From Malacoraja senta (taxonomy: Eukaryota): 64,000 nt of DNA. The stretch's first letter is position 1. Every line of letters starts with the position of its first letter. The notes below the pieces were generated by a model. The model was not told the DNA's origin, did no database searches, and saw only the letters and a list, made by a program, of their open reading frames with translations. The stretch covers positions 62,001 through 126,000 of the forward strand of contig JAXLNO010000455.1 of the NCBI GenBank assembly GCA_038087875.1. Direction: 5' to 3'. Both the position numbers and the translations under genes were made by a program. Positions 31,891-42,875 of this stretch are shown one piece after another.

Positions 31891-32041
31891 TTCACACCAA
31901 ACCACCATTTGCAATTTCAAACCAAACCACCATTTGCATTTTTAATCCAATCCTTTTCCATTTTCAAACCAAACCTTTTGCATTTTCAAACCAAACCACC
32001 ATTTCCATTTTCAAACCAAACCACCATTTGCATTTTCACAC

Positions 32042-32848
32042 TGTCAAGTCAAACTGTAATGAAAGTTATTACCTGCCTCCAAGTTAAAGGGGGAGGAGTA
32101 TTATGTATGTAGTATAATTGGTGTTACCGGGCTCAAAGTTAAAAGGGGGAGGAGTGTTAGGTATGGGATAATTAGGATAAGTAATTGGTGTCTTGTGATG
32201 TCTGGGGCAAGTACGCAGGAGCAAAAAAGACAAGGTGTCGTCCTGCAGTAAAGAAGCTTGTATGATTCCTTCCGTATCCGAGCCTTTATTCAAGACTGTT
32301 CAAAGCATCCGAATACACAATTGGCGACGAGGATAAAAGAACAAAGATAAGAACAAGGCCAGCAAGAAGAATCGAAAACAAAAGTTAAAAATAGAAGTAA
32401 TATTTGGAAACAAGTGGAACAGCACCAAGCCAAATGGTTTTGAATTGGCACCAAAAAGAAAAAAGGTAGGAACAGAGAAGCGGAGAAAAGCCGAGTTCCG
32501 CCCGGGGCTTTAAAAAAAGGGCACACAGCACCGGAAGCGAGGAAAAGACGGAAGTTGACTTGCGGCTAAAAACTTGAACAGTATAATCTAAGAGACTGTC
32601 CTAAAAACTGCCGCGATCGCCAGCGAAGGCATGCAGGACTGATTATCTACAGCAGCTGATTGGCAGCCAGTTTTTCACCTGCTAAAAGACTAAACTGTTA
32701 AATATCTTAAGACCTATAACAACCAAATGCCTTCAAAGTAATGGCTGAAGCAATAAATCAAGTGAAGCTGTCAATTAATTGCTGAATCGGCCAAAATAAA
32801 AGAAAAAAATAAAATAAAAAAGAAGTGGTTTGGTCATTGAGTGAAATC
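32042..32848 (+). repeat. BEL 5' LTR, 3'-truncated
   Basis: Direct repeat of 38065-39667. Homology ends at GGTCATTGAGTGAAATC, which runs straight into gag sequence, so the LTR end, the native PBS and the gag 5' part are deleted. Confidence 0.85.
32141..32334 (+). mobile_element. Embedded Gypsy-like PPT + short LTR + tRNA-Ser(GCU) PBS module (copy 1)
   Basis: AAAAGGGGGAGGAG|TGTT...CACA|AT|TGGCGACGAGGAT. The last 13 nt (32322-32334) are complementary to the 3' end of vertebrate tRNA-Ser(GCU) plus CCA (recalled sequence, not searched). Confidence 0.7.
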
Positions 32849-32849
32849 A

Positions 32850-35800
32850 AACAGCTATTGCTATTGATATGGTGGAGGAGCTTCAGAGAATCCCACCTGT
32901 CAGAGGACATCAGCCATGTAAGATAGTGGAATTAATTCAAGCGGTGGAAAAGGCGCTTAAGGACTTGAGCGATCTCGGAGACACAGGCGCTATTAAAAAT
33001 CCACTGATGACAAAATCAATTGAAACCAAGCTTCCAGAAACCCTCTAAAAGGAATGGCTGGTTTATGTAGCTGACAAGAAGAATGCTGTGGCACCAGAGA
33101 AACGGTTTGATAGTCTCTTGTCATTTCGCAAAGAGCAGGAGAGCATATACGCACAGCTCGAGCAACTGAGGGACGAGGAGCCGAGTAGAAAGGAAACTCG
33201 GAATGAACCATGACATGCCAGAACCATGTCGACAAAATCAGGAAATGACCACACAAGTTGTATAGTCTGTGGTGACGTAAAGCATAAAAGAAAGCTGTAC
33301 TTCTGCAAGCAGTTTCGAGGGCTAGAGCTGACAGAGAAAAGAGCCGCAGTAAAGAAGTTGGGAGCATGCAAAAAGTGTCTTGAAGTTCATGATGATGGTT
33401 CATACTGCAAACCTGCATATCTGTGTAAAAATCAAATCTGCAAGGATGAACAGACTCCTGAGCATCATTATTATCTGTGCCCCAATAATGAGATGAGGAA
33501 AAGCAGTGTGGATCAGAGAAGGAGTAGATTTGGTTGCAGAGGAAGGTAAAGGCAAAACTAAATATACAGTGGACCAAGAGGAGTTTTTTAGCAAACTTCC
33601 ACCAGAGTTGGCAAAACAATGCCGAGATGTGTTCTCCAACACTGCATCAAGAGCCTTCAACACTGCAAAGCATCAGCCAAGCCTCCTAAAAGAAGGTAGA
33701 CTGCAAGAGCACCCAGTGATTATGATGCTTCTGGAGGTCGTAGCAAATGCTGGACAAAAGGTTGGGACATTAATTGACTTGGCTTCAGATACCAACTACA
33801 TAACTCACAAGGCTGCGAGGAGACTGAACCTTAGGGATGAAGACATCACGCTTATCGTCCATGGAGTTGGGGGGGATGAAAGTCCACGTAGAGACGAGGC
33901 GCTACCTTCTAAAGATCCGAGTGAAGACTCCCAAGGGCACACTCAAGTCGCACCAGTTAGTTTGTTATGGATTGGACAGCATTGCAGATGTTCACAAACA
34001 TGTGACACCACAGCAGCTGCAAAAGGTCTTTCCAGGCGTCCCACTTGAGGAACTTGTGAGACCAAAAGGGATACATTTGCTCATAAGCCATAGAGAAGGT
34101 CAGCTAGCGCCTCAGAGGATTTGAACTGTTGGAGATCTCATTCTGTGGGATGGACCACTGTGAAAGACTGTTGGAGGTTGTCATCCTGAGCTGTTTGAGA
34201 AGCTTACCATGTCAGCCCACATGTCCAAAACACACTTCGCAAGATCAATGAGAGCAGCTGCTTTAAAGTATGAGGAGCTCACTGACGCAGTCCCTGAGGA
34301 ACTTTCATCAAACGAACAGGTCGCCGTCAAAGTCCAGAAGTCACGTACATCAACCGCCAATCGGGACTTCTTGGATTGGTGGAAGTGGGATAGCATTGGA
34401 GCAGCATGCGAGCCAAATGGCGGGGGTTGCCGCTGTGGAAACTGCCAGCCAGGCGGAAAAGAAATGACTCTTGATGAAGAGAGAGAGCTCGAAGTGGTAA
34501 GGGAAGGCCTCACCTGCGTAACAGGAGACCGTCACAGTAAAGACCCACATTGGCATGCTAGCTATCCTTGGCTAGAAGACCCAGCTTCTCTACCAAATAA
34601 TAAAAGGACAGTGGAAGTCACATTTCTCAGGACGGAGAGGCAGCTATCCAGAGAACCTGAATGGAAAAGTGCCTACACAGCTCAGGTGCACGACATGGTG
34701 GACCGAAAGGCTGCAATCAAATTGTCCGAAGACATAAATGCAAACTGGGAGGGACCAGTGTGGTATGTGAGTCACCTAATTGCTCCAAACCCCCACTCTG
34801 TCACGACCCCAGTGAGACTAGTGTGGAACAGCAGCCAAAAGTGCAATGGTGTCAGCTTAAATGATTTGCTGATGAAAGGTCCAGACGTCCTCAACCAAAT
34901 TCGCGCCGTCCTCCTCAGATTCAGAGGCGGAATCTATGCTGCTCTGGGAGACATAAAGAAGATGTATAACTCAGTCTGGTTGGAGGACCGTGATGTACAC
35001 TTACACAGATTCCTCTGGCGAGATTCCGTGGACGAGGAGCTGGGAGAGTATGCTATCACAAGAGTGAACATCGGAGACAAACCTGCGGGGTGCGTTGCAC
35101 AGTTGGCAATGCTAATATTCCTTCTTTTACCCACTTCAAGGATGAGCAGCAAGTACTCCAGAAGGACAGCTATGTTGACGACATCCTAATATCTCACAAC
35201 AGCCTCGACCAGTTGAGAATCATCACAGCAAATGTGGAACGAATCCTGAAAGCTGGTGGGTTTGAGCTCAAGCCTTGGGTTCTGTCTGGCCAAAGTGGGA
35301 GGAAGGAGGAAGGTGATACTTTAAAGAAAAGCAAAACAAAAACCATGATCCTACCAAACCAAATGCATGATGATGATAACAAGGCACTTGGTCTGGGCTA
35401 CATTGTTGAAGAGGACTTGCTTCACGTTATGGTGGGAATCAAATTCTCCAAGAGAAATAAAAAGATGCGGCTTGGTCAAGGCCTTCTACAAGAGCAAGTC
35501 AAAACTCAGACGCCAAATCCCCTAACAAGAAGAGAGCTTCTCAGCCAGGTAGCAGGGCTATATGACCCCATCTGCATAGTGGCTCCTGTTAAGCAAAAGG
35601 GAGCGATTCTAGTACGCAGAGCTTTCCAAGAAGCAAAAGAGGGAAGCTGTTCGGTCAGAGACACATGGGACATGGCACTCTCAGATGGACTCAGGGAGGA
35701 TGCAATTAAGCTCTTTGAAGAGTATGTACAACTTGGAAAAGTCAAGTTCGTCAGGGCACTGACTCCCTCTTGCTCCGCAACTGAACCCTTGGGGATCACC

Positions 35801-37999
35801 TTTTCTGACGGAAGTGAGCACACCTACAAGGTGATGGGATTCAGACCATGGCCCAATTGTCAGACTTGTGGAATCCAAGGCCAAGTTAACTCCCTTGGAC
35901 CACAGAGGAGACGCTGTTAAAGCAGAGATGTGCGGAGCAGTGTTCGCCTCACGCTTGAGGAAGTATTTCGAGCTACACAGTCGAATTCAAGTGGAGAAGT
36001 GGTATCATCTTGTGGATAGCCAAACAATCCTTGATGCAATACAGCGAGAATGCTACGGATTTCAGACATTCTTCGCCAATCGGATTGGAGAGATTCAAAC
36101 AAACACCAACATTCAGGACTGGCGGTGGATTCCTGGCCCATAAAACATCGCTGATGTAATCACCAGAGGTGCCAGCCCTCAAGCCCTTGATCAGTATTCG
36201 GAGTGGCAAAATGGACCAAAGTTCCTCGTGTTGCCTGTGAGTGAGTGGCCAATAAAATCAGCTAAGGAACTGGCTGCCACTGTCAGAGAGAACATCGAAA
36301 AGTTACAGAAGAAAGCTTTTGTTGCAGCACTATCAAGAGCCAAAGTAGAGAAACAAGAACCGGAACCCACAAACCCAAAGAGATCACCTGCAGGGTCAGC
36401 TATTCAGAACCTTGTTGATGTCAAGCGGTTCAGCATTCTAACTCGACTGATCATGACAGTCGCATGGATTTGGAGAGCAGCGAAGAGGTTTTTGGGAAGG
36501 AAAAAGCCCTAAACGATCCAAAGTTGGAGGCCATATCTTTGACAGGAGTCATTACAGTAAGAGAACGAGAAAATGCTCTAAATGACATTTTTTGTGCTGC
36601 GCAATTGGGCACAACTTTCCCAAGCACCACAACAGATCGACTGGTAGCCTATAAAGACCAAGATTTTGGGCTGATGGTTTGTGGTGGCAGAGTGCAGAAG
36701 TTTGAAGAGGATAAAGGTGCTGTTCCCATCCTGCCCGTTGATGCCTGGGTGTCCATGCTGCTAGCTCGGGAGGCTCACAGGGAGAGTCATGACGGAGTGG
36801 CTGGGACCTTGCTTAAAATGAGAGGAAAGGCTTGGGTCATAAAAGGAAGGAGAATTGCTCAAAAAGTCGTTGATGACTGCATAATCTGCAAGAAAGCAAA
36901 GGCAAAGAAATGTCAAGTAGTAATGAGTGATCTGCCGCCTGAAAGAACTGAATCTGCTGCTCCTTTTGAGTTTACAACAGTAGAGCTCTTTGGACCCTAC
37001 CACGTACACGATGTCGTCATGAAGAGGGTAAAACTCAAAGTCTGGGTAGTTGTCTTCTGCTGTATGGCCAGCAGAGCCATCCACACAGAGTTAGTCAACA
37101 CCTTATCAAGTGAAGGGTTTCTGATGGCTTATCAAAGATTCACAGCAATCCGTGGGCACCCCAAGAACATCTGGTCAGATCCAGGCGCCAATTATATTAG
37201 CGCCAAACCAGTCTTAGAGGAACTATATAGATTTTTGGACAACCTGGACAGAGCAGCTTTGGAGGAGAACGCAGCTAAAAATGGAACAGAGTTGATGTGG
37301 AAAATCCATCCTGCTGATTCTCCACACAGAAATGGCGCTGCGGAAGCTGCCGTGCGTGTTGTGAAGAGAGCGCTCCAAAGTTTTGGAAAAGAATCATCAC
37401 TCAGTTATAGTGAGTTTCAGACAGCTCTTTACATGGCAGCCAACCTGTCAAATGAACGTCCGATCGACGCCAGGATACAAAGCCGGGAAGACTGCGTTCA
37501 GTACATCACACCAAATACTCTTCTGCTTGGCCAAGCATCTCAGTGCGGAGACATCAAGACTTTTGACTTTTCCAGCTACCCCTACAAAAGACTTAGAACA
37601 ATGCAGTCAGAGGTGAACAAGTTTTGGAAGAGCTGGAGCCAACTCGCCGGTCCTAACTTGTTTATAAGGAGCAAGTGGCACACCACTCAGAGAAATGTCA
37701 CTCCCGGAGACATTGTCTGGTTAAGTGACCAAAATGCACTGAGGGGGCAATTCAAGCTGGGCAGAGTCGTCAGCTCCAATCCAGACCGCAAAGGCATCGT
37801 GAGAGACGTTAATGTACGGATCTTTCCAAGTTACTTCATTCCTCTGACAAAGGCTTTCAAAGAGATGGCAAGGCATTCCACTCAGGAGAAGGAGAGGAAC
37901 CAAGCCACGATTGTTCACAGGGATGTTAGGCGGCTGGTTGACTTGCTTCCAGTAGAAGAACAAGACAGCAATGCATCAGGAGACCAAGTTCAAACCTAG
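32850..37999 (+). pseudogene. BEL/Pao gag-pol polyprotein with multiple frameshifts and stops
   Basis: Zinc knuckles CIVCGDVKH..C, CKKCLEVH....C and CKNQIC..HHYYLC (33226-33549); protease-like LIDLASDTNYIT; RT GDIKKMYNSV and SYVDDIL; Pao RNaseH FSDGSEH and SKAKLTP; integrase HRESH..CIIC, WSDPGAN and GAAEAAVR (36464-37999). Confidence 0.92.
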
Positions 38000-38163
38000 A
38001 CTTCAAAGTTTGACTTTAAAGCGTCGATCTCCCAAGTGGTTCCATTGGAAGATCGAGTGGGAGGTGTCAAGTCAAACTGTAATGAAAGGTATTACCTGCC
38101 TCCAAGTTAAAGAGGGAGGAGTATTATGTATGTAATATAATTGGTGTTACTGGGCTCCAAGTT

Positions 38164-38359
38164 AAAGGGGGAGGAGTGTTAGGTATGGGATAATTAGGAT
38201 AAGTAATTGGTGTCTTGTGATGTCTGGGGCAAGTACGCAGGAGCAAAAGAGACAAGGTGGCGTCCTGCAGTAAAAAAGCTTGTATGATTCCTCCCGTGTC
38301 CGAGCCTTTATTCAAGACTGTTCAAAGCATTCGAATACACAACAATTGGCGACGAGGAT
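38164..38359 (+). mobile_element. Embedded Gypsy-like PPT + 168-bp LTR + tRNA-Ser(GCU) PBS module (copy 2)
   Basis: PPT 38164-38176; TGTT(38177)...AACA(38344); PBS TGGCGACGAGGAT at 38347-38359. Confidence 0.72.
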
Positions 38360-38450
38360 AAAAGAACGAAGATAAGAACAAGGCCAGTAAGAAGAATCGA
38401 AAACAAAAGTTAAAAATAGAAGTAACTAGAAGTTAAAAATACATAAGTAA

Positions 38451-39290
38451 CATAGATTATATTATTCCAAAATTAAATCCATAAAATTTTCCCAAATGTA
38501 TCATCCATTTGTGATAAATGTCAATCCCAAGAAGCTACTATAGCGCACTCATTTGTTTTCTGTACACAAATTCAACAATTTTGGAATGAAATTTTCGAAA
38601 TCTTTACAAAATTATTTAAAATAAAACTGATACCCAAAGCAGAATGGATTACCTTCGGAATAACGGAAGATGGTCCAGAACTAAATGTGTTTCAAAAGAA
38701 ACTAATAGACTATGGGTTAATAACTGGAAAAAAGCTAATCCTAAAATTTTGGAAGAAGGCTCCAATACCAACTATAAACATGTGGATTTCAAATATGTTC
38801 GAAACATTACACCTAGAAGAGACAAGACTCCTCCTGGCAGGTAAACCAGATCACTTCCACCTGACGTGGTCTGCATTTATAGAATTATTACAAATATAGG
38901 GTGCAAAGGTAACTTAAAAAAAAAAACTGAGGTCAGGTAAAGGGTGATGATAGCTGGAAAGTTGGTATGTCCTATTTGCGTAATGCTCATAAAAACTATT
39001 TGTTTTTCTCTTTCTCCTCTTTCTCTTTCTCCTTCTTTTCTAGGGTCTATTTCTTAACTCTTTTTCTTTTGTTTTTAATTTTGTTCTTATAGGGTCTTCG
39101 TTCTGTCTTGTTGTCACACTTTCTACACTCTCACTTTTTCCTTCACTTTCTTCTTTCTTTCAATCTTATCCTTTCCTTTTACTAGTGTAAAAAACAAACG
39201 GAGTACATTAATTGTAAGAAGATATATGTGACGAGTACTAATGTATGTGGTTGTAATGTAATGTACTTCTAACAAATAAAAAAATAAAAA
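38451..39290 (+). mobile_element. L1-clade LINE 3' fragment inside the BEL 3' LTR
   Basis: Encodes HRLYYSK..SSICDKCQSQEATIAHSFVFC (L1 C-terminal zinc motif), then a T-rich 3' UTR and an A-rich tail. Confidence 0.85.
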
Positions 39291-39837
39291 TTTAAAGTAG
39301 TATTTGGAAACAAGTGGAACAGCACCAAGCCAAATGGTTTTGAATTGGCGCCAAAAAGAAAAAAGGTAGGAACGGGAAGCAATAGCTCAGGGAAGAGCTA
39401 GGAAATCAAGCAGGGACAGTATAATCTAAGACACTGTCCTAAAAACTGCCGCGATCGCCAGCGATCTACAGCACCCGATTGGCAGCCAGTTTTTCACCTG
39501 CTAAAAGACTAAACTGTTAAATACCTTAAGACCTACAACATCCTAATGCCTTCAAAGTAATGGCTGAAGCAATAAATAAAGTGAAACTGTCAATTAATTG
39601 CTGAATCAGCCAAAATAAAAGGAGAAAAAAAAGAGAAAAAAAAGTGATTTGGTCATTGAGTGAAATCCAGTTCATCATTTCGGGGTGGATGAATCAGATC
39701 CCTTTCAAGCGGGGAATCTGCACAAAAACATTAGAAGACTTGACAGTGACTATGAGAAGGCAACAGGTGTCTCAGAGCAACCTGTAAACTGAACACTAGT
39801 CATCCTGTTAAGGCAATATTCACTAAACCTTGCTCAC

Positions 39838-39907
39838 CTGGCCTTGTCTTTCTCCTCTGGCAGCCAGCTGCTGCCTCTGCTCCTCAGCCAGAAGGCTCAT
39901 GATAAAT
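39838..39907 (-). CDS. Candidate 70-bp exon of an unidentified gene
   Basis: Acceptor CTTTGTAG| and donor CAG|GTGAGC on the minus strand. Only one frame is open: FIMSLLAEEQRQQLAARGERQGQ. No homolog recognised. Confidence 0.4.
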
Positions 39908-40019
39908 CTACAAAGGATGCCTCTTGCACTTTCCACCACCCACCCCCACCCACTGACTTTTCCCAATGCACATTTGACAGAGCAGTGGGCCTGCCACTCA
40001 TCTCTAATCCCAAAACAAT

Positions 40020-40175
40020 TAGAAACATAGCAAATAGGTGCAGGAGTAGGCCATTCGGCCCTCCGAGACATTTATTATGACCATAGCTGCTCATCCTAAA
40101 TCAGTACCCCGTTCCTGCTTTCTCTCCATACCCCTTGATTCCGTTGGCCCTAAGAGCTTGGCCGTTAGCCCTAAG
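40020..40175 (-). mobile_element. CR1/SINE 3'-tail fragment
   Basis: AGAAACATAG..TAGGTGCAGGAGTAGGCCATTCGGCCC...CCATACCCCTTGATTCC is the reverse complement of the CR1 3' ends seen elsewhere in the window. Confidence 0.7.
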
Positions 40176-40376
40176 AATTGGGCAAGAATTTTCTGTGGGA
40201 CACGGTAGGATTGTTAAACTAATCATTTCCAAGCAAGGCTCATTCATGAATGTATGAAATGTAATTTAATTTGTAAACAACACCACTAACCTTGGACTGT
40301 GGTGTAGTTTACAAATATATGATCATCTTGTTGACATGCGTTGACTTTCTGATCAGATTGAGACTTTGGAGTCTCA

Positions 40377-40705
40377 TGGGCCTGTCCCACTTACGCGACT
40401 TTTTCGGCGACTTGCCGGCACCCATCATAGGTCGTTGCAGGTCACAGAAAATGTTCAACGTTGAAAACCCAGCGGAGACTAGAACAAGGTACGACTCTTT
40501 GGGTAACTACTCACGACCATACAGGCTTCACCCCGCGACATGTCGCCTGTATGGTCGTGAGTAGTCTCCTCAGTCGCCCAAAGAATAATCGCATCTTTCT
40601 GGACGCCACTGAATTTTCAACATATTGAACATTTTCAGCGACCTGCAACGACCAATGACGGGTGCCGGCACTCGCCGAAAAAGTCGCGTAAGTGGGACAG
40701 GCCCA
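40377..40705. mobile_element. Non-autonomous PIF/Harbinger-like MITE
   Basis: Long terminal inverted repeats TGGGCCTGTCCCACTTACGCGACTTTTTCGGCGA / TCGCCGAAAAAGTCGCGTAAGTGGGACAGGCCCA, with a 3-bp TSD TCA at 40374-40376 and 40706-40708. Confidence 0.88.
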
Positions 40706-41207
40706 TCAGAAGATGGTCAGTACAATTTCCTAAAGACTTTTTCTTAAGCTATAATTGATCCTGAAAGCTCAGTTGAATTTTTGGGGCCACATCCAAGTCA
40801 CAGCTCCTCCTTTCCCTTTAAAATATCAATTTCTGAAATGAATAAAAGCAAACTATTTTAGTCCACCACCACATCAACACACACAGAAAGATAACATTCA
40901 ACACTAATTTGTATCAACCATTGATGATGGCCTGACTCTGTTCACCAAAATCAAACCTGAATTAACTGATTACAAATCAAATAGTGGCAAAAGCAAACTG
41001 CAGCTTATGCCTATCCACATATTGCTGCTGATTTTGGCAGTAGTGTTGAGATAAGAAACAAACTGCAAAGGTCAAGGAGTCACTGAATCACTGCAATAGG
41101 CAACGTTGGATTGGTTGGGCTGGCCTTAATGTCAATCATTGTCACATTGACAAGTTGGAGGATTAGAATTAGACCATTCGGCCCATCGAGTCCGCTCCGC
41201 CATTCAA

Positions 41208-42826
41208 GACGGATAAGTCTCCAGGTCCTGACAGGATATTCCCTAGGACATTGAGGGAAGTTAGTGTAGAAATAGCAGGGGCTATGACAGAAATATTTCA
41301 AATGTCATTAGAAACGGGAATAGTGCCGGAGGATTGGCGTACTGCGCATGTTGTTCCGTTGTTTAAAAAGGGTTTGAAGAGTAAACCTAGCAATTATGGA
41401 CCTGTTAGTTTGACGTCAGTGGTGGGCAAATTAATGGAAAGGATACTTAAAGATAATATATATATAAGCATCTGGGTAAGCAGGGTCTGATTAGGAACAG
41501 TCAACATGGATTTGTGCCTGAAAGGTCATGCTTGACTAATCTTCTTGAATTTTTCGAAGCGGTTACTAGGGAAATTGATGAGGGTAAAGCAGTGGATGTT
41601 GTCTATATGGACTTCAGTAAGGCCTTTGACAAGGTTCCTCATGGAAGGTTGGTTAAGAAGATTCAATTGTTGGGTATTAATGGTGGAGTAGCAAGATGGA
41701 TTCAACAGTGGCTGAATGGGAGATGCCAGAGAGTAATGGTGAATGGCTGTTTGTCAGGTTGGAGGCCGGTGACTAGTGGGGTGACTCAGGGGTCTGTGTT
41801 GGTCCACTGTTGTTTGTCATGTACATCAATGATCTGGATGATGGTGTGGAAAAGTGGATTAGTAAGTATGCAGATGATACTAAGATATGTGGTGTTGTGG
41901 ATAATGAAGTAGATTTTCAAAGTCTACAGAGAGATTTAGGCCATTTGGAAGAGTGGGCTGAAAGATGGCAGATGGAGTTTAATGCTGACAAATGTGAGGT
42001 GCTACATCTCGGCAGGACAAATCAAAATAGGACCTACATGGTAAATGGTAGCGAATTGAGGAATGCAGTTGAACAGAGGGATCTAGGAATAACTGTGCAT
42101 AGTTCCCTGAAAGTGGAATCTCATGTAGATAGGGTGGAAAAGAAAGCTTTTGGTGTGCTGGCCTTTATAAATCAGAGCATTGAATATAGAAGTTGGGATG
42201 TAATGTTAAAATTGTACAAGGCATTGGTGAGGCCAATTCTGGAGTATGGAGTACAATTTTGGTCGCCTAATTATAGGAAGGATTTCAACAAAATAGAGAG
42301 AGTACAGAGGAGATTTACTAGAATGTTGCCTGGGTTTCAGCAACTAAGTTACAGAGAAAGGTTGAACAAGTTAGGTCTTTATTCTTTGGAGCGCAGAAGG
42401 TTAAGAGGGGACTTGTTAGAGGTCCTTAAAATTATGAGCGGGTTAGACAGAGTGGACGTGGATAAGCTTTTTCCATTGAGAGTATGGAAGATTCAAACAA
42501 GGGGACATGACTTGAGAATTAAGGGACAGAAGTTTAGGGGAAACATTAGGGGGAACTTCTTTACTCAGAGAGTGGTAGCTGTGTGGAATGAGCTTCCAGT
42601 AGAAGTGGTGGAGGCAGGTTCGATGTTATCCTTTAAAAATAGATTGGATGGGTATATGGACGGGAAAGGAATGGAGGGTTATGGTCTGAGTGCAGGTAGA
42701 TGGGACTAGGGGGGAGTATTTATTTATATATTAAAAAATAAAACAATTTAAAAAAAGTGTTCGGCACGGACTTGAAGGGCCGAGATGGCCTGTTTCCGTG
42801 CTGTTATGGTTATATGGTTATATGGT
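41208..42826 (+). mobile_element. CR1 LINE, 5'-truncated, frameshifted RT
   Basis: DKSPGPD, PVSLTSVVGKLME, DFSKAFDKVPH, KYADDTK, LEYGVQFWSP; 3' tail (TTATATGG)n. Confidence 0.93.
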
Positions 42827-42875
42827 AATCTCTGCCTCCTAATCCCATTTCCTATCTTCTCCCCATAACCCTCGA

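Larger units (their letters stand above)
1..32041. repeat. Satellite DNA array of mixed 22/25 bp monomers, possibly centromeric/pericentromeric or other heterochromatin
   Basis: Continuous tandem variants of CAAACCAAACCACCATTTGCATTTT (25 bp) and CAAAGCAAACCTTTTGCATTTT (22 bp), plus 20-bp CAAACCACCATTTGCATTTT. The + strand is strongly G-poor. The array stops abruptly at ...TTTTCACAC|TGTCAAGTC. Chromosomal role is inference. Confidence 0.98.
32042..39745 (+). mobile_element. BEL/Pao LTR retrotransposon, decayed and probably recombinant
   Basis: LTRs start TGTCAAGTC at 32042 and 38065, and the 3' LTR ends with the inverse GACTTGACA (39737-39745). A polypurine tract GAGTGGGAGG lies just before 38065. 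Domain order is gag-PR-RT-RNaseH-INT. Confidence 0.93.
38065..39745 (+). repeat. BEL 3' LTR (~0.8 kb) interrupted by an L1 fragment
   Basis: TGTCAAGTC...GACTTGACA termini. Matches the 5' LTR on both sides of the 38426-39300 insertion. Confidence 0.85.

Noticed and set aside
1..32041. Well over a hundred overlapping + strand ORFs (LHFQTKPPFAFSNQTTICIFKPNHH...)
   Set aside because: The consensus monomers have no stop codon on +, and 22 and 25 are both 1 mod 3, so all three frames cycle through the same peptide. Most starts are TTG. These are artefacts.
1..32041. CRISPR-like appearance (short dyad repeat with variable intervening sequence)
   Set aside because: The intervening 8-11 bp are themselves repeated rather than unique spacers, there are no cas genes, and the context is eukaryotic.
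32042..32319. Short 278-bp BEL LTR with a tandem second element starting at 38345
   Set aside because: Disfavoured, not excluded: the inverse terminus GACTTGACA at 39737-39745 and homology well past the PBS point to a ~0.8-kb LTR.
32322..32334. tRNA gene
   Set aside because: Only a 13-nt complement of a tRNA 3' end including CCA, i.e. a primer-binding site.
32993..37963. Antisense and alternative-frame ORFs over the BEL element
   Set aside because: Shadow ORFs of the decayed polyprotein with no recognisable motifs.
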